The notes under the pieces were generated by a model. It had not been told where the DNA came from, made no database searches, and saw nothing but the letters and a program-made list of their open reading frames with translations. Source: Podarcis bocagei (taxonomy: Eukaryota). Taken from it: DNA of 64,000 nucleotides. The stretch lies in the NCBI GenBank assembly GCA_964188305.1, contig OZ076886.1; one strand, written 5' to 3'. The position numbers and the translations under genes are program-made. How positions within the stretch are numbered: position 1 is the stretch's first letter; each line of letters opens with the position of its first letter. Positions 63,788 to 64,000 of this stretch are shown piece by piece.

Positions 63788-63983
63788 CTCCCTCCCTCGG
63801 CAATCTTCGCAGAGCTCTGGCCCAATGGTTGCCAGTGGCTTGAATTAATTAATTTTTATAATGAATGATTTTAGAATGTTGTTTATGTTGTACTTTTGTA
63901 CTGTTTTATTGTTGTTAGCCGCCCTGAGCCCGGCTTCGGCTGGGGAGGGCGGGATATAAATAAAATTTATTTATTATTATTAT
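61178..63983 (+). mobile_element. Young L2-clade LINE, 5'-truncated within the endonuclease domain, in an FGD3 intron (sense)
   Basis: GC/CpG-rich block; ORF2 plus 3'UTR hairpin, AATAAA (63959-63964) and (TTA)-type tail; no TSD identified. Confidence 0.92.
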
Positions 63984-64000
63984 AATGTATTTATTGTGGG

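Noticed and set aside
61156-63825. Several minus-strand and alternate-frame ORFs
   Set aside because: By-products of the GC-rich L2 ORF2

Overview
Eukaryotic, AT-rich vertebrate genomic DNA from a squamate reptile, probably a lacertid lizard. The taxon is inferred from Sauria SINEs, BovB and the L2/CR1 complement. The only host gene I can support is FGD3 (Cdc42 GEF, + strand). Nine phase-compatible GT-AG coding exons lie between 35825 and 60242. They cover an N-terminal region, the whole DH domain and the start of PH1; the start-codon exon for the long form and the 3' exons are not found in the window. Two of these exons encode an FGD1-like proline-rich extension (PKPQVPPKP...SRPLPADP...LIEKFE) that mammalian FGD3 lacks; one of them (35825-35995) is missing from the ORF track. 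The rest is intron or intergenic DNA full of mobile elements: a young 5'-truncated L2 with an uninterrupted 869-codon APE-RT ORF, a young BovB fragment, six Sauria SINEs, several mariner-type and hAT-type MITEs, L2/CR1 tails and an internally deleted L1-type element. The most striking structures are two short TSD-flanked fold-back inserts (27257-27467, 41477-41684). They are made of inverted copies of a Penelope-like terminal repeat and carry minimal hammerhead ribozyme motifs; one forms a perfect 160-bp palindrome. There is a 144-N assembly gap at 26677-26820. Nearly all short ORFs in the track are spurious.
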